Origin: Phoronis australis
Lineage: Eukaryota; Animalia; Phoronida
DNA: 64,000 bases
NCBI GenBank assembly: GCA_002633005.1
Contig: NMRA01000023.1
Location: forward strand, 1,530,689-1,594,688
Direction: 5' to 3'
The stretch's first letter is position 1, and the number at the start of each line of letters is the position of its first letter. Below are positions 12,016-23,558 of this stretch, piece after piece. The position numbers were made by a program, and so were the translations under genes. The notes under the pieces are model-generated. The model searched no databases, was not told the DNA's origin, and worked only from the letters and a program-made list of their open reading frames with translations.

Positions 12016-13068
12016 GTGGTTTAACAATTATCACAAATAGTACAAAACACAAATCTACAGCTTCTTAGACAATTCCTTAATTTGGTAAAGAAAAAACTGA
12101 CAAAATATATAAATTTCCATCCTTTATGAAAGCATTTCTGTAATTATAGAGAGCACAAATTTATCACTATTTTGAAATGCAGAGTTTTCAAGGGTTTTGT
12201 TGTTTATAGAACCCTTTTGTTTCCACTCAAATCTTTGTCAGTTTTAATGCTTTCAACTTAATTACAGGCAGTTAAACCAAGGCAAGAACTAGCTCTATGT
12301 CTGGAATAGAAAACGGGATTGCTACTGGTTTCCATAACTCGGGCTGTAATTAGGCAAGCTATTTTCGTAACATCAGATGGTTAATGGCAGTTGTTGTTAG
12401 CTTGCATATTACATCAACCAGGACATGGAGTGTATCACCTGTAATAACTGTATACTACATCACTTAGAATATGGCTTATTCAGAACTTCAGTGAACACAC
12501 ACACGCACGCACGCACACACACACACACACACAACTAGGCGAAGGACGTCCTTTATAACAGAATGGTGAAACACATACATACACACACAAGGTTAATGAT
12601 GTCCTTTGTAACACAAAGGTGAAACACACAACTAGGCCAATGATTTCATTTGTAACACAATAGTGAAACTGCAGCCTAGTGCAACTCCCACTGACTCTAA
12701 CTAACTCTACTCTGACAACAACGGTGTTACCGCTAGTTTTAGGGATATCGAAAACACCAGATGGCACAGTTGAGATTCACACTGTTTTGAATGCTTGAGT
12801 TGCTTGTTGAGTCCTCTGGTGATTACTGCCACCAGAGTGGAGTTATCCTTTCCCATTGCAAGAACGTTTCACAACTCCGCAGTTTAATCCAATTATTTTG
12901 AAAGAACTTTGCGATGGCTATTAGGAGTTGAGCTTTCCCACTGACCGAAACTCAGCATATCAGGCAAGCTGCAGTATAGGTGGGAAAGCAACATGAGTTA
13001 TTTGCGATATAAAGGCAGGTAACGTGTGCAGATACATAATTATAGAGGATTATAGTTAGGTTACACAC

Positions 13069-13152
13069 CTCAGCCACGACATTGAGTTTTTCATCTGTAA
13101 TAAGACAAGCCATCTCTATAATGTGATGACACCTGAGGTCCAGACCTGTCAT
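13069..13152 (-). CDS. REXO2: REXO2 coding exon 2
   Basis: cag|MTGLDLRCHHIIEMACLITDEKLNVVAE|gtgtgt; 84 nt, phase 0/0; completes the DLEMTGLD motif. Confidence 0.95.
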
Positions 13153-13262
13153 CTGAAACAAACAACAGATCATGGCGACGTGCTTCATAATTTTGGAAGT
13201 GTATACGAGACTTTTTTTTAAATTCAACATTAAAACATATCCTTGATACTCTGCATGGGTCC

Positions 13263-13474
13263 ATCAAAATACACATATACCAGGGCAATGCTCTCACTAG
13301 ACTAAATCAAAATACACATATACCAGGGCAATGCTCTCACTAGACTAAATACACATATACCAGGGCAATGCTCTCACTAGACTAAATCAAAATACACATA
13401 TACCAGGGCAATGCTCTCACTAGACTAAATCAAAATACACATATACCAGGGCAATGCTCTCACTAGACTAAATC
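13263..13474. repeat. 43-bp minisatellite, 5 copies
   Basis: Unit atcaaaatacacatataccagggcaatgctctcactagactaa; one copy is 6 bp shorter. Confidence 0.95.
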
Positions 13475-14183
13475 AGTGTGGTGTGAAAGTCCACTTGAAA
13501 TTTTTACAACCATGATCAAATTTTTGCCACCAATTTTAAATTTAGATTGTCCATACGTGTATGCTTAAAGTTTGACTGTATTCGACTTTAAGTCAATTTT
13601 TTTCAAAACAAGGTCTTAGAATTGTAATCTCATCATCATTTGTACTGAAATTATAGGAGCTGCGTATTAAAACAATTTAGCAACAGTCCCTGTTGGAAAT
13701 AGAATTCATTACACCCATGACAGGGTGACGATCTTTCAGGACTTTGAAGATTGGGAAATGTTCAATTTTGGTATTCTCTGTTTCAAATTCTAGACACTGT
13801 GCTGTGTATCAAACCAGCCTGAAAAGAAAATTTCAAGTTGTTAAAAGTGTTGGAAATAGCCGCCAACACAATGTTCATGAGTCCCCAGAGTGTATGGGGT
13901 CAGAGGTCAAGGTGAATGATTACTTAAACACGGAGATCAAACACGTCATATTTTCTCTTAAAAGTGAAAGTACTGATATGCTGTATGCAAAATAGGCACG
14001 TTCTTTTCAATGCCAAACGTATGTAGTGAACAAGTTAATTAACACCCGCCAGATCATTAACAGCAAGTCACTTAAAGTTAAAACAAAATATCTGGCAAGG
14101 ACAGAATTTCTACTGAAAAGTGAGTTCATGTTTCAGGGGACATTTGGGTTGAAAATTCAGGGCCCTTGCTCAATCATGCTTAC

Positions 14184-14336
14184 TTCCAAGTCAACCCAGA
14201 CTATTCGGTTTGACTTTCCTGCTTCAGAAGACATAAGCAGGTTTTTTTCCATGGGTGAAGTTTTCAAAGAAGATCTCATAAGAATATTTGAACACTGGCG
14301 GTGGAATAACTGACGACAAACACGATGAAACACCAT
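14184..14336 (-). CDS. REXO2: REXO2 oligoribonuclease coding exon 1 (mitochondrial-type presequence plus start of ExoI motif)
   Basis: Translates MVFHRVCRQLFHRQCSNILMRSSLKTSPMEKNLLMSSEAGKSNRIVWVDLE, followed by a GTAAGC donor. VWVDLE is the Orn/REXO2 DEDD ExoI motif. Not in the ORF track. Confidence 0.92.
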
Positions 14337-14486
14337 TTATCGGCCTTCTGGTGATATGACGGTGGGAAATATTGCCGCCCAGCATCAGCGACATCTTGAG
14401 GTTTAGGGACGAAGCGATCTGTTTCCGGTTCCTGTGACTTACTGGGAAAAGTGTTAGGTTTTGTAGAGGACACTCTGTTCAAAACC
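14337..14486. promoter_or_regulatory. Putative compact bidirectional promoter and 5'UTRs shared by REXO2 and RBM7
   Basis: 150 bp separates divergent ATGs; locally CpG-rich; ETS-type TTCCGG at 14423-14428. Confidence 0.7.
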
Positions 14487-14570
14487 ATGTCAAATGACGA
14501 TAGAACTGTGTGGTGTGGAAATTTATCTGAAGAAGTCACGGAAGAACTTCTTTATGAGCTTTTCATCCAG
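14487..14570 (+). CDS. RBM7: RBM7/RBM11-family RRM protein, coding exon 1
   Basis: accATG; MSNDDRTVWCGNLSEEVTEELLYELFIQ|gtagtg; RNP2 and helix 1 typical of RBM7 (DRTLFVGNL...VTEELLFELFHQ). Confidence 0.9.
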
Positions 14571-14811
14571 GTAGTGCTCTCTTTGTTGTTGTCTGGAAAA
14601 CCGAAACAACTTCTTCCACCGGCACCTGGGGGGTTATTCTTAAGTTAACTTATATTGTTTACAATCCGACTCCATTAACCATACTTGATATTAATATTTT
14701 CTGAATCCTCTCGCCGTGATGATAACAGCTTGTCCGAATAAAATTCTGGTTAGTAATTCAGTTTGCTGGTGTTGAGGTAAAACCAATATTTTGGGACGTG
14801 TAGATTGACTG

Positions 14812-14870
14812 ACTCAGGAATCGAACCAGCGACCCTGGTACAACCAGCAAGCGTGTTAACCAATCAATTA
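14812..14870 (-). mobile_element. tRNA-derived SINE head fragment
   Basis: GGAATCGAACC on plus equals B-box GGTTCGATTCC on minus, with upstream TGGTTAACACGC. Confidence 0.45.
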
Positions 14871-15663
14871 ATAGGCAATAGCCCTCTAGCGAGTGGCTAG
14901 GAGCAGTTCATATGAGTTACTGTAGGCAGATCTTCAACATATGTAACATTGCAGAAGAAGAACGAATGAAGAATCGGCAAGAATCTGTGATTGTCTATTT
15001 CATGGCGCTGAAAGCCAATGCATAAGATCGCTCCACAACTTGAAAAACAGAGTAGTGGTAGAACGACATACTTACTCATGTAAGAATCAGTGTAGTTTTC
15101 AACATTAACATTACTCTGGTTGTGCATCCACATATTTATGTGTGGGCACAATAGGGCCGGCCGTCATTGCTGCCTGTTCAATGTCAGCTGTTCTGTCATG
15201 GGCGATTATTAGGTCGAATACGGTATATGTACTTATGAACATTATTCAGTATATTGTTACAGGTTTAAAGGTGAATGCCACCCGATTTAATTAGTCTTTT
15301 TGCCGTCTTAATCGGTCTATATCCACATCGCCTCGCATACGGTCGACCTTACCTTGCCAAGAGGTGTCGCGTTAACCTTTGAGGAAAGTGAGAAACGATG
15401 CTAGCAACGTCAGTGGTTCATAAGCAGAGTGAATGCCGCTATGTTGCGGTGCATCGTTCCCGCTTGTCCGAACTAAGCAGCTGCGAGAAAAGCGGGTATA
15501 TCGTTTTTTTTTTACTTCCTCGAGAGTCCGAAATGCTTAGAAAGCGGCTCACGGTAGTGAAGAATGAAAAGTACGCTGTAAATAGCAAGTACGAGGCCGT
15601 GAAACATCTCCGTGTCTGAGGCCTGCAGACGTCGACAGTCGTGCCTGACGAATGCCGGCTTAC

Positions 15664-15836
15664 CAAATAACTCTATGCGTTCCCTGGTCTGAGCTTGTTC
15701 ACAGCACCTCTCTAGTATTTCTTCATCACTGTATTCCTGTTGTTCGAAGTGATAGCCTGTAAAACTCAATGATCCACCTGCGAAGTCGTGACTGATGAGC
15801 TCTAGCTCGTCCTAAGTCGGGATTGCGAGTTGCCAT
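15664..15836 (-). pseudogene. Frameshifted first exon of a Kolobok accessory (KolX, P2X7-ballast-like) gene
   Basis: caacATGGCA start; a shifted frame gives ..FTGYHFEQQEYSDEEILER..RERI.. ending at a TG|GTAAG donor; resembles the acidic YxFEPxYxxEE N-terminus of such proteins. Confidence 0.4.
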
Positions 15837-15907
15837 GTTGGCGCCGTCTGTTTCAAAATGAATTATTCTCACCCTAACCAATACTTATATAAAACTGAAA
15901 CAAAGTG

Positions 15908-17978
15908 CAGTGGCGGATCTACGGGGGGGGGGTTCAGGGGGTTTAAACCCCCCCCTCGGGCCAGGACCCAAAAATTAAAAAAAAACAAAAGCGTCTCCAG
16001 CAAAACAAAAACGGCACTGCCAGCGTGTGTAAACCCCAAATAAACCAACTTGGAAAAAATTGAGAGGGGATGGTTCACTCTGAAAATATAGTTTTTTGCA
16101 TTGTGAATTGCTGAGTCTTTGTGGCTCATCGGCAAAACGCGCGGGGATTTATTGTGTGCGCGCTTCCGTCGACACTACTGAAGTAGCCATGCAGTTTAGA
16201 TGGATTCACCGCTGAAAGAGCAGTTCTATAGCTGATTTCTTTAGGTAACTAGCTTCTTTACTCTAAGATATGTTTTGATTTGATTAGGGGAAATACTGCG
16301 GTGCCGCAACCCTGATATTCAGGCGAATTGACGTGCAATGTTTTTACCTCATCTGTTATGCCGTGTCGTTCTATTACACTCCACACGTTTATAACTGATG
16401 TATAGTAAAAGTTGTTTTGCGCAATATCATGCAGTGTACATGTACATGTAATATTGTGTACATGTACATGTAATATTGTGTACATGTACATGTAATATTT
16501 TTGAAAAAATTCTTTTTCCGAAGAATTTGCTATTGTGGCGGGCGCCATGGTCTGGTCGCGAGTCCGTTTGAAGACACACTCTATAACAAGTTATGTCTAT
16601 ACAAGGAATGACCAAGGGGGCACTCACATTGAGAAAGTGACCGCATTCGCGAAAAGTGTACAGTACCAGAAATTGCGGGGAGGCTGTTCTTTCACAACAA
16701 AGTCTTGCGGGACTCGTGCGATGTTAAATAGGCCTCCTAAGGAGCCCTAGTTCCGACCTTAACACCTACCGTCTGTCTACCTGCAATAAGCACACTGCCG
16801 TCTTCTATACTGGGAATTTCCGCAGAAAGGCTCACCCGATGAAACGCTCATGCCCATGGGCATTTATTTGATATTAGTACTACGGGTTTCAAGCGTTCAG
16901 ACATTGGGACGTTTATTTCGAAAATTGCCAGAGATGCAAATAGGTCCTGGGATGCTTCGTAAAGGTTTGAAGTAGTCCATGATGAACGGATCAAATCTAG
17001 TTGCGCATGTAAGTCTCTTCGAATGGACTTGGCAACCTCAATGGTCTTAGTGTCAACTGAGCTGCGAAACGAGATGCTGACATTGTAGAGGCTTACAAGC
17101 TCATTGACACAGCAGTTGACGAAGTGCAAGCGTTGGGAACAAACATTGCAGATATGTGGGTAGAATGGTTCCAAGACGAGCAAATCATTGGATCCGATAT
17201 ACAAATTCCTCGGCAGTCTAGACAACAGAAGGATAGGACTAACGTATGAGTAACCACTGGGGATTAAAATTTTACAGAGAAGTTTTCAATTCAAAATTTT
17301 TGCATAGTACACTTTAGGTCTCGCGACGGACCAGGCCAGCTTGATTTGTGTAGATGTTGAGTTTCAGTGTACTTCTGGTCCCTCTGCAAACTAGTCCAGT
17401 GTATCTTTTCACCACTGTGCACAGGATGTTTTGGTTTCGAGAAACTGTTTTCAGTTGATTTGTTTCCTGATAGATTTGACCTTTTTTAATTGTTGTCAAC
17501 GGGATCAAGTGATACCTAATTATTTATTGTCGCTTTTGATAATAGACTATGAGTTGAGAGCACCATCTTTCGCCAGTTTTTCTCGTAACGAGACAGAACA
17601 CATGTTTATTTCCGGACTAACAGTACAGGTCTTCGTTCTAAAAAACTAAAAGAGGTGTGTGTAAGCAGATGTTCCAACAAACAATTTTGCTGGTGGTGTG
17701 ACTCATACCCAGATGTGCACAAATATGGTTTCACGAAACTTATGAGCCAAGTTCATGTGACGAAATCGAGAAGGGTTTTTAATTATCTTAAGAAAAACTC
17801 CAGGGACATGTTAAGTGCCAGAAACTTACCAGGATGCATGGAAATTTTACTATTTGGCTACAAAAACAAAAAAATATTTATTACACGGGAGGGGAAACCC
17901 CCCGCTCGGCGCTTCGCGCCTAGGATTCCCGGCGGGAATCCTAAACCCCCCCTTGCTGAAAACTTAGATCCGCCACTG
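15908..17978 (+). mobile_element. hAT (hAT5-like) transposon with 5-bp TSD, nested in the Kolobok-like element
   Basis: Perfect TIRs CAGTGGCGGATCTA...TAGATCCGCCACTG; direct repeat AAGTG at 15903-15907 and 17979-17983; G/C-run subterminal repeats. Confidence 0.85.
17040..17250 (+). pseudogene. hAT transposase remnant
   Basis: Frame reads KRDADIVEAYKLIDTAVDEVQALGTNIADMWVEWFQDEQIIGSDIQIPRQSRQQKDRTNV, resembling the DIxxA...PRxxxRQxxRxN region of hAT/PRKRIR-like transposases; disrupted upstream. Confidence 0.7.
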
Positions 17979-19378
17979 AAGTGTGTCTCGTTAGATGCAA
18001 TTTGTAATGCCTTTGAAGTGTTTGTGAGTGCAAATGATTTGAGAAGTCAACAATGAATAATTCACTGCGTTGCCGGCTTTAGGTGCAATAAAACTAATTG
18101 ACGGGACACCTAGGCCGTGTGAGGTTATGCTAATTTAGTGTTTGCTGGCAAAAACTGTTTTGAAACAACTCGATTTCCATCCCACGGCCAGGTGTTAGGG
18201 GAATCTTTATTTACATTTATTTTACTCAAATAATGATTGTCAATGTACAACTTCTGCCCTAACGGTGCTGTGGCCAAAGTGGAACCTGAATTCGCGGCCC
18301 CCGATGACTGAGTATAAGTAGATTTGCAGTTTCGTGGTTAATTCACCAACATAATCAGGTGCACATTACTTTGGCTCACTAGTATAGTATTTTCTTGATT
18401 GGAAGTTTAGTTTCCACTGAACTTTGGCTGGTTTATGTTCGTGATGTCTGATCAGTTTCCGAGCCACTGGCGGGGATAACGAGTCAATCCGCCCGGCCGC
18501 GACGGGCCTGATCGTGCTAACAAGGCTAACAAGCATTTTGTGCTTAGAACTCAAAAATCGCAAGTCTAAACAACACAGATCTTTATCTCATGGAAAATAC
18601 TTCGAAATTATCTCCGAACAGACCCCAAACTCCTGCTACGGACCTTATTGGCCTGCCGAACTTTGTAGGCCACAGTGTATCCAAATACCAATAAATCTGT
18701 AAGAGTGAAATAAAACAACACGTTTTTATAAGAACTCGGTGTATTTTTAAGGGTTTTACGTCGAAGTTTGATGATTTATTGGTGTTAAACGATGACTTCA
18801 AGCGATAAGCTGACACCAGCAACCCGTGTTGTGAATTGATGAACAGACTGCGTGTGAAACCGAGGACGTCATTGGATAATTTCAACACCTCCGTCTGCGG
18901 TCAGGTGTCAGGTAACGCAACCGTACGTGTCGTTACGGAGTAGAACTCCTCGATCTAAATTGATACAAATTAGGTTGTTTTTTGGGTGGCATGCTCCTTT
19001 AAATTGTTGTAAAATTTTGAGTTCAGACTTGAACTTAAATCTGTCTTGGTGGGGTCATCAAGTGCAACCTAGGATTAGCCAGTCGACCACTTGTACCATG
19101 ATGTACTAGAGTCCAGAATACTAGACACCTATCTTGAGTTCATATAAAAGTAGAACAGGTATTGTCAAAAATAATTTTGAGTCACTTTGATATGACCTTG
19201 GCCCTGGTCAAGCATATAATGCGTTTTTCTACCCCTGCAGAAGGGGAGCGTTGAGTCCAGGATGTGGGAATTTAGGTCCTACTAGTGTTGCGGTTGCGGC
19301 TTTTCCAATTCGTGTCACTGGATTTGTTTCAGCACAACCCACAGTAGATTTTCTCATGCCGTGTGATTGCTGTTGTAG

Positions 19379-19981
19379 GCTGGTCCCTTGGAGAAAGTGG
19401 TTATACCAAAAAGTAAAGAAGGTCGACAAAGAAATTTTGCATTCATCACCTTCAAACACGAAGAGTCTGTGCCTTACACTATACAGTTGTTGCAAAGTAT
19501 TCAGTTGTATGGCAGACCTTTGAGGCTGCAACATCGATCAGGAAGTGTTCACGATAAGACACATCAGCAACAGCAGCAGCAACAACAACAAATAAGACAG
19601 AGCCCAGTGAGCGAAAATTGGTCCCAAAATGGTCAAACCCCCCGACACCCCAGTCCTATGCGCGACGACAATCATTCACCAAAGGAGCTTCACCGATCTA
19701 ACACGTGGCCGAGGAATATGGACGTTGGCGAACAACGGCAGAGAGCAGACGTGAGCAGTAGGGATCGGAATGCTGGAACTAATTACATAGAATTTTCAAG
19801 GAATGATCAGTTTGTTATGAGCCATCAGCCAATGTCAAGGTCGTCTCAGGAAGAGCGTTTGTGGCGATTGCAGCAGGCTCAGGCGATGCAACTGCAGGCA
19901 GCTTCTCGCATGCAGCAGAGCTACCCTAGGCACTATAATGACTACAGACAGCAGCAGGCATTCCGCGGGAGAAGGTGGTAG
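19379..19981 (+). CDS. RBM7: RBM7/RBM11-family RRM protein, coding exon 2 (terminal)
   Basis: tgtag|AGPLEKVVIPKSKEGRQRNFAFITFKHEESVPYTIQLLQSIQLYGRPLRLQHRSGS, then a Q/R/S-rich tail to TAG. The FKHExSVPY and LYGRP signatures of RBM7 are present. Joined protein is 228 aa. Confidence 0.92.
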   Translation, partial: AGPLEKVVIPKSKEGRQRNFAFITFKHEESVPYTIQLLQSIQLYGRPLRLQHRSGSVHDKTHQQQQQQQQQIRQSPVSENWSQNGQTPRHPSPMRDDNHSPKELHRSNTWPRNMDVGEQRQRADVSSRDRNAGTNYIEFSRNDQFVMSHQPMSRSSQEERLWRLQQAQAMQLQAASRMQQSYPRHYNDYRQQQAFRGRRW

Positions 19982-20769
19982 GAGCTCACCCTGCTGCTAA
20001 CTGTTAACAGATTTGTTTGCTTCCTCAAGAAGTATTGATAAGATAGTATAATTTATGGTCTCTCTGGGTCACATTTTAGCTACAGTGAAATTGCACCAAT
20101 TTAGAATGCAATGTGGCAGACAGGTGAAATTTTAAGTAAGTGATGCATAGTGCCAAAAATGATACTTTGTCGTGTTTAAGTTCTGTACCATAGCAACCAA
20201 CAGACAGTATTTTGAAACATGATTATTCACGAGAATAAGAGAGTGCTATTTTGGCATTATTTTTGTCCGAAATTGTTGAGGGTTTTTGTGAAATCAATCC
20301 ACTTACAATCTGGTTGGAAGATCACAGTATAATTACACCAATTTCGGACAAAAACAATTGTCACAAATGCCCTGTTTTATTTTCAAGTTCTACCATTGCT
20401 GTAAGTAGTTTTAGTAGTTCCAAATATTGTTGATTGGTAGATGTGGTACACAAGTTGAACATTGGTAGATGTGGTACACAAGTTGAACATGGGCAAGCAT
20501 TCATTTAGAGCTGTATATCCTTTATGGAAATAATCACAAACTTTCTTTTCTTTGCCATATTGTGTCCTAAACCGCAGAGATGTTACCATACTTCAGACTT
20601 GTGTTAGCTGTTTTTGTCAATATGTACCATCAGTCCTTGTGGCAACACAGGGCTTATGCCTTGTGACAAATTGGGCTTTTTAGCTCTGCCCTGTTTTTTC
20701 ACCTGACTATTTAAAACTGTCTCCATGACAACAGTGATGGTATTCTGAAGTAAGAGAACGGTCACGAAT

Positions 20770-21071
20770 CCTGGGTCCATCCGTCTGTCCGTGCGGCGTC
20801 CGGCGTCCGCTGCTCTATCTCCAAAACCCTTTGACATACGTTCATGAAATTTGGCACATATGTTCCATTCATGAATAGGACGGCATGTGCGAACTTTCGG
20901 ACGGATCCGACTACCGGTGTGCCCCCTAGTGGCAATTTTAGATTGTATCTTCAAAAGTCCTGAACGGATTTTCATGAAATTTGGTATGCAGGCACGTATT
21001 AGTGAGATGACGCTATCCTGCCGTTTTCAGATGGATTCGACATAGTTTGCGCCACCTAGTGTCCATTTTTA
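20770..21071 (-). mobile_element. 3' fragment of the Helentron-like family, reverse orientation, truncated by a gap
   Basis: Reverse complement matches ~11680-11970 (gtccatccgtctgtccg, ttcatgaaattt, gtgccccctagtggcaatttt). Confidence 0.7.
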
Positions 21072-22137
21072 NNNNNNNNNNNNNNNNNNNNNNNNNNNNN
21101 NNNNNNNNNNNNNNNNNNNNNNNNNNNNNNNNNNNNNNNNNNNNNNNNNNNNNNNNNNNNNNNNNNNNNNNNNNNNNNNNNNNNNNNNNNNNNNNNNNNN
21201 NNNNNNNNNNNNNNNNNNNNNNNNNNNNNNNNNNNNNNNNNNNNNNNNNNNNNNNNNNNNNNNNNNNNNNNNNNNNNNNNNNNNNNNNNNNNNNNNNNNN
21301 NNNNNNNNNNNNNNNNNNNNNNNNNNNNNNNNNNNNNNNNNNNNNNNNNNNNNNNNNNNNNNNNNNNNNNNNNNNNNNNNNNNNNNNNNNNNNNNNNNNN
21401 NNNNNNNNNNNNNNNNNNNNNNNNNNNNNNNNNNNNNNNNNNNNNNNAAGTTCCAAGTAGAAATTTGTTTCTGGCATTCTAATGCTGTGCTAATCTCGTA
21501 TGTTGGTAAATTTGTTTTTAATTCTATGTTTCTGTGGTGCTTTAAGCAACTGGTGTATAGGATGTGCTTGTATTATGAAGATTACTCACACTTTGCCCCT
21601 AGCCTATTGAGGAGACAATGACCATGCCTTTCCATTTTGCAAAGTACAACATACTACATATATGCCCTCTACTGGCCACTTAATGGTACCAATAAACAAC
21701 CCTAGAAGGATACCGTATGCGGTGCAATTGTGGGCGCATTTCAACGCTCTGCGTTGCTCTTGTATCAGATGTCGTACTCCCACTCATAGTGAAGGCTGTT
21801 GAGTCCTGGGTGTTCAGTACATTTGTATTGTACATTTCGGTAGTGATTTAGGAAGATTGTTATCAAGTGCAGCCAATCAATTAAATAAGAGATCAACTTT
21901 TAGGCTTTTAAATGTCCACTGCTGATTGGTGGTACTGTAGCCAGCCAATCAAATAAGAGATCGACTTTTATACTTTTTAATTTCCATTGCTGATTGGATC
22001 ACTGAACATTTTGGTCACAAGTGTGATACATTTTGTGATTATCTTGTGCAAAGGCTTGTTCACATAATTGTTTTCCACTTCTCCTTTAGGGAATTTCCAG
22101 TCTACTGAAATTTCATCACAACTCCCCTCACTTTCCC

Positions 22138-22211
22138 TCTGAATACCCTCCACTAGTGACATCTGAATACCCTCCACTAGTGACATCTGAATACCCTCCA
22201 CTAGTGACATC
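22138..22211. repeat. 24-bp tandem repeat x3
   Basis: Unit tctgaataccctccactagtgaca. Confidence 0.9.
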
Positions 22212-23558
22212 AGAGTTACTGCTAGTACTGAGGATGGCGAATGTCTCATTGAGTCTTGCATTATTGTATGCTATGCGGGGATTACTTTTTGTCAGATTGG
22301 ATTTAATTTTTCCAATGAAGGGGAGCTGCGCAACTCCGCTGTTTAATCCTCTTATGAGAGGAGTTGTGATACATGTTCAAGTGCGGGTGTCACACTTTCC
22401 TACTGACTAGAACTCTTCAAAACAACTGGGGGAGCTGTGGTGTCGTATGAAGGGTGATATTAGACATGAAAACATGATGAGTTGTGTTTTTAGCTTGTAA
22501 TCTGTTTAAATATCGTTGACACAAATCTCAAATGTTATGGAATTTTAAAAGTGAATTGTAAACTAACGTGCTTTAGATGGTCCCGAGTGTTCATCAGTCT
22601 ACTTCTGGGAAGTGTTCTGCTCTGAACTTTGAATACTCTAAGGTGCTAAAAAACCTCAACTTGCATAACTGGTTTTGACTTGTTCCTTTCTCGAGTTAGA
22701 GATGATTCTTGGCTAGGGTTTCGTAGATGTCCAAGAATCTCGCAGAGGGAGCTAGTGTGATCACGTGCTTTTCTGGTTATACATGGTGAAATTTCACAAA
22801 CGTTTTTGTGTCTTTGCAATATTCTCACGTCTGTGGAACACACTTGAACTTGGGAAGAGCGACAAATCATTGTTGTGTAATGGCAGGTTTAATAATTTGT
22901 GCTGTGACAGCGGGTCATTTCATGCGCCGAGTATGGTCAGTTCCTTAATAATAATGTTATGGCTCAGTAACTGGTCTAAGTAAAGTTAGTTGAAAACGGA
23001 TTTTAGAGCTTCTTTTAAAAAACAAAAGCTGTATTTAGATGTTCATATGTGCAAGAATACATTATTTTTCTATTGTTAAAATGTTCATATGTGAACACGG
23101 CATATTAACTGTATGTCTCCTAAATGTAAGCTACCTGTATGTTAATAACATGGTCTGTAGAGCTTGTGTTCTAGGAAAAACAGTCAGATAATGGAAGTGG
23201 TGTCGATGATCAAACAATGTACAATTTGATTTAAAAAGTCTCATTGTGTCAGCAACTATAAACTGGTGAGAAACTTATTTTCACAACAATCAATCTTTGT
23301 TTCTGAAAATAAGCATTTCTGGAGTCACTCGACTTAAAATTTTTTCAAAAATTGGATTGCAAAGTGCCTTGGAATCATTTGAAATTTTAGGCATGGTTGA
23401 TATTCAAAGTAAATTTTTTATGATCTCGTTTCCAACTAGTTGATTGATCTACAAGGTAACTATTTTTATAAATATGCAGGCAACTTTTTGTTATCCCTGC
23501 TTACTGTGGAAAGACTTTATTTAGTTACTTCAGGCCTGAGGGTATATAATATGCAATA

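Larger units (their letters stand above)
15269..18998. mobile_element. Kolobok-like DNA transposon (degenerate) in the RBM7 intron
   Basis: TTAA flanks both ends (15265-15268, 18999-19002). TIRs AGGTGAATGCCACCCGA / TTGGGTGGCATGCTCCT match 14/17. Decayed divergent reading frames inside. Confidence 0.8.

Noticed and set aside
13263-13474. CRISPR-like appearance of 34-50-bp repeats (also 2654, 44148, 46261, 60322)
   Set aside because: The units are head-to-tail with no unique spacers, there are no cas genes, and the context is eukaryotic introns.
16430-16500. Palindromic TGTACATGTACA tandem repeats
   Set aside because: Simple low-complexity repeat inside the hAT element, common in marine invertebrate genomes.
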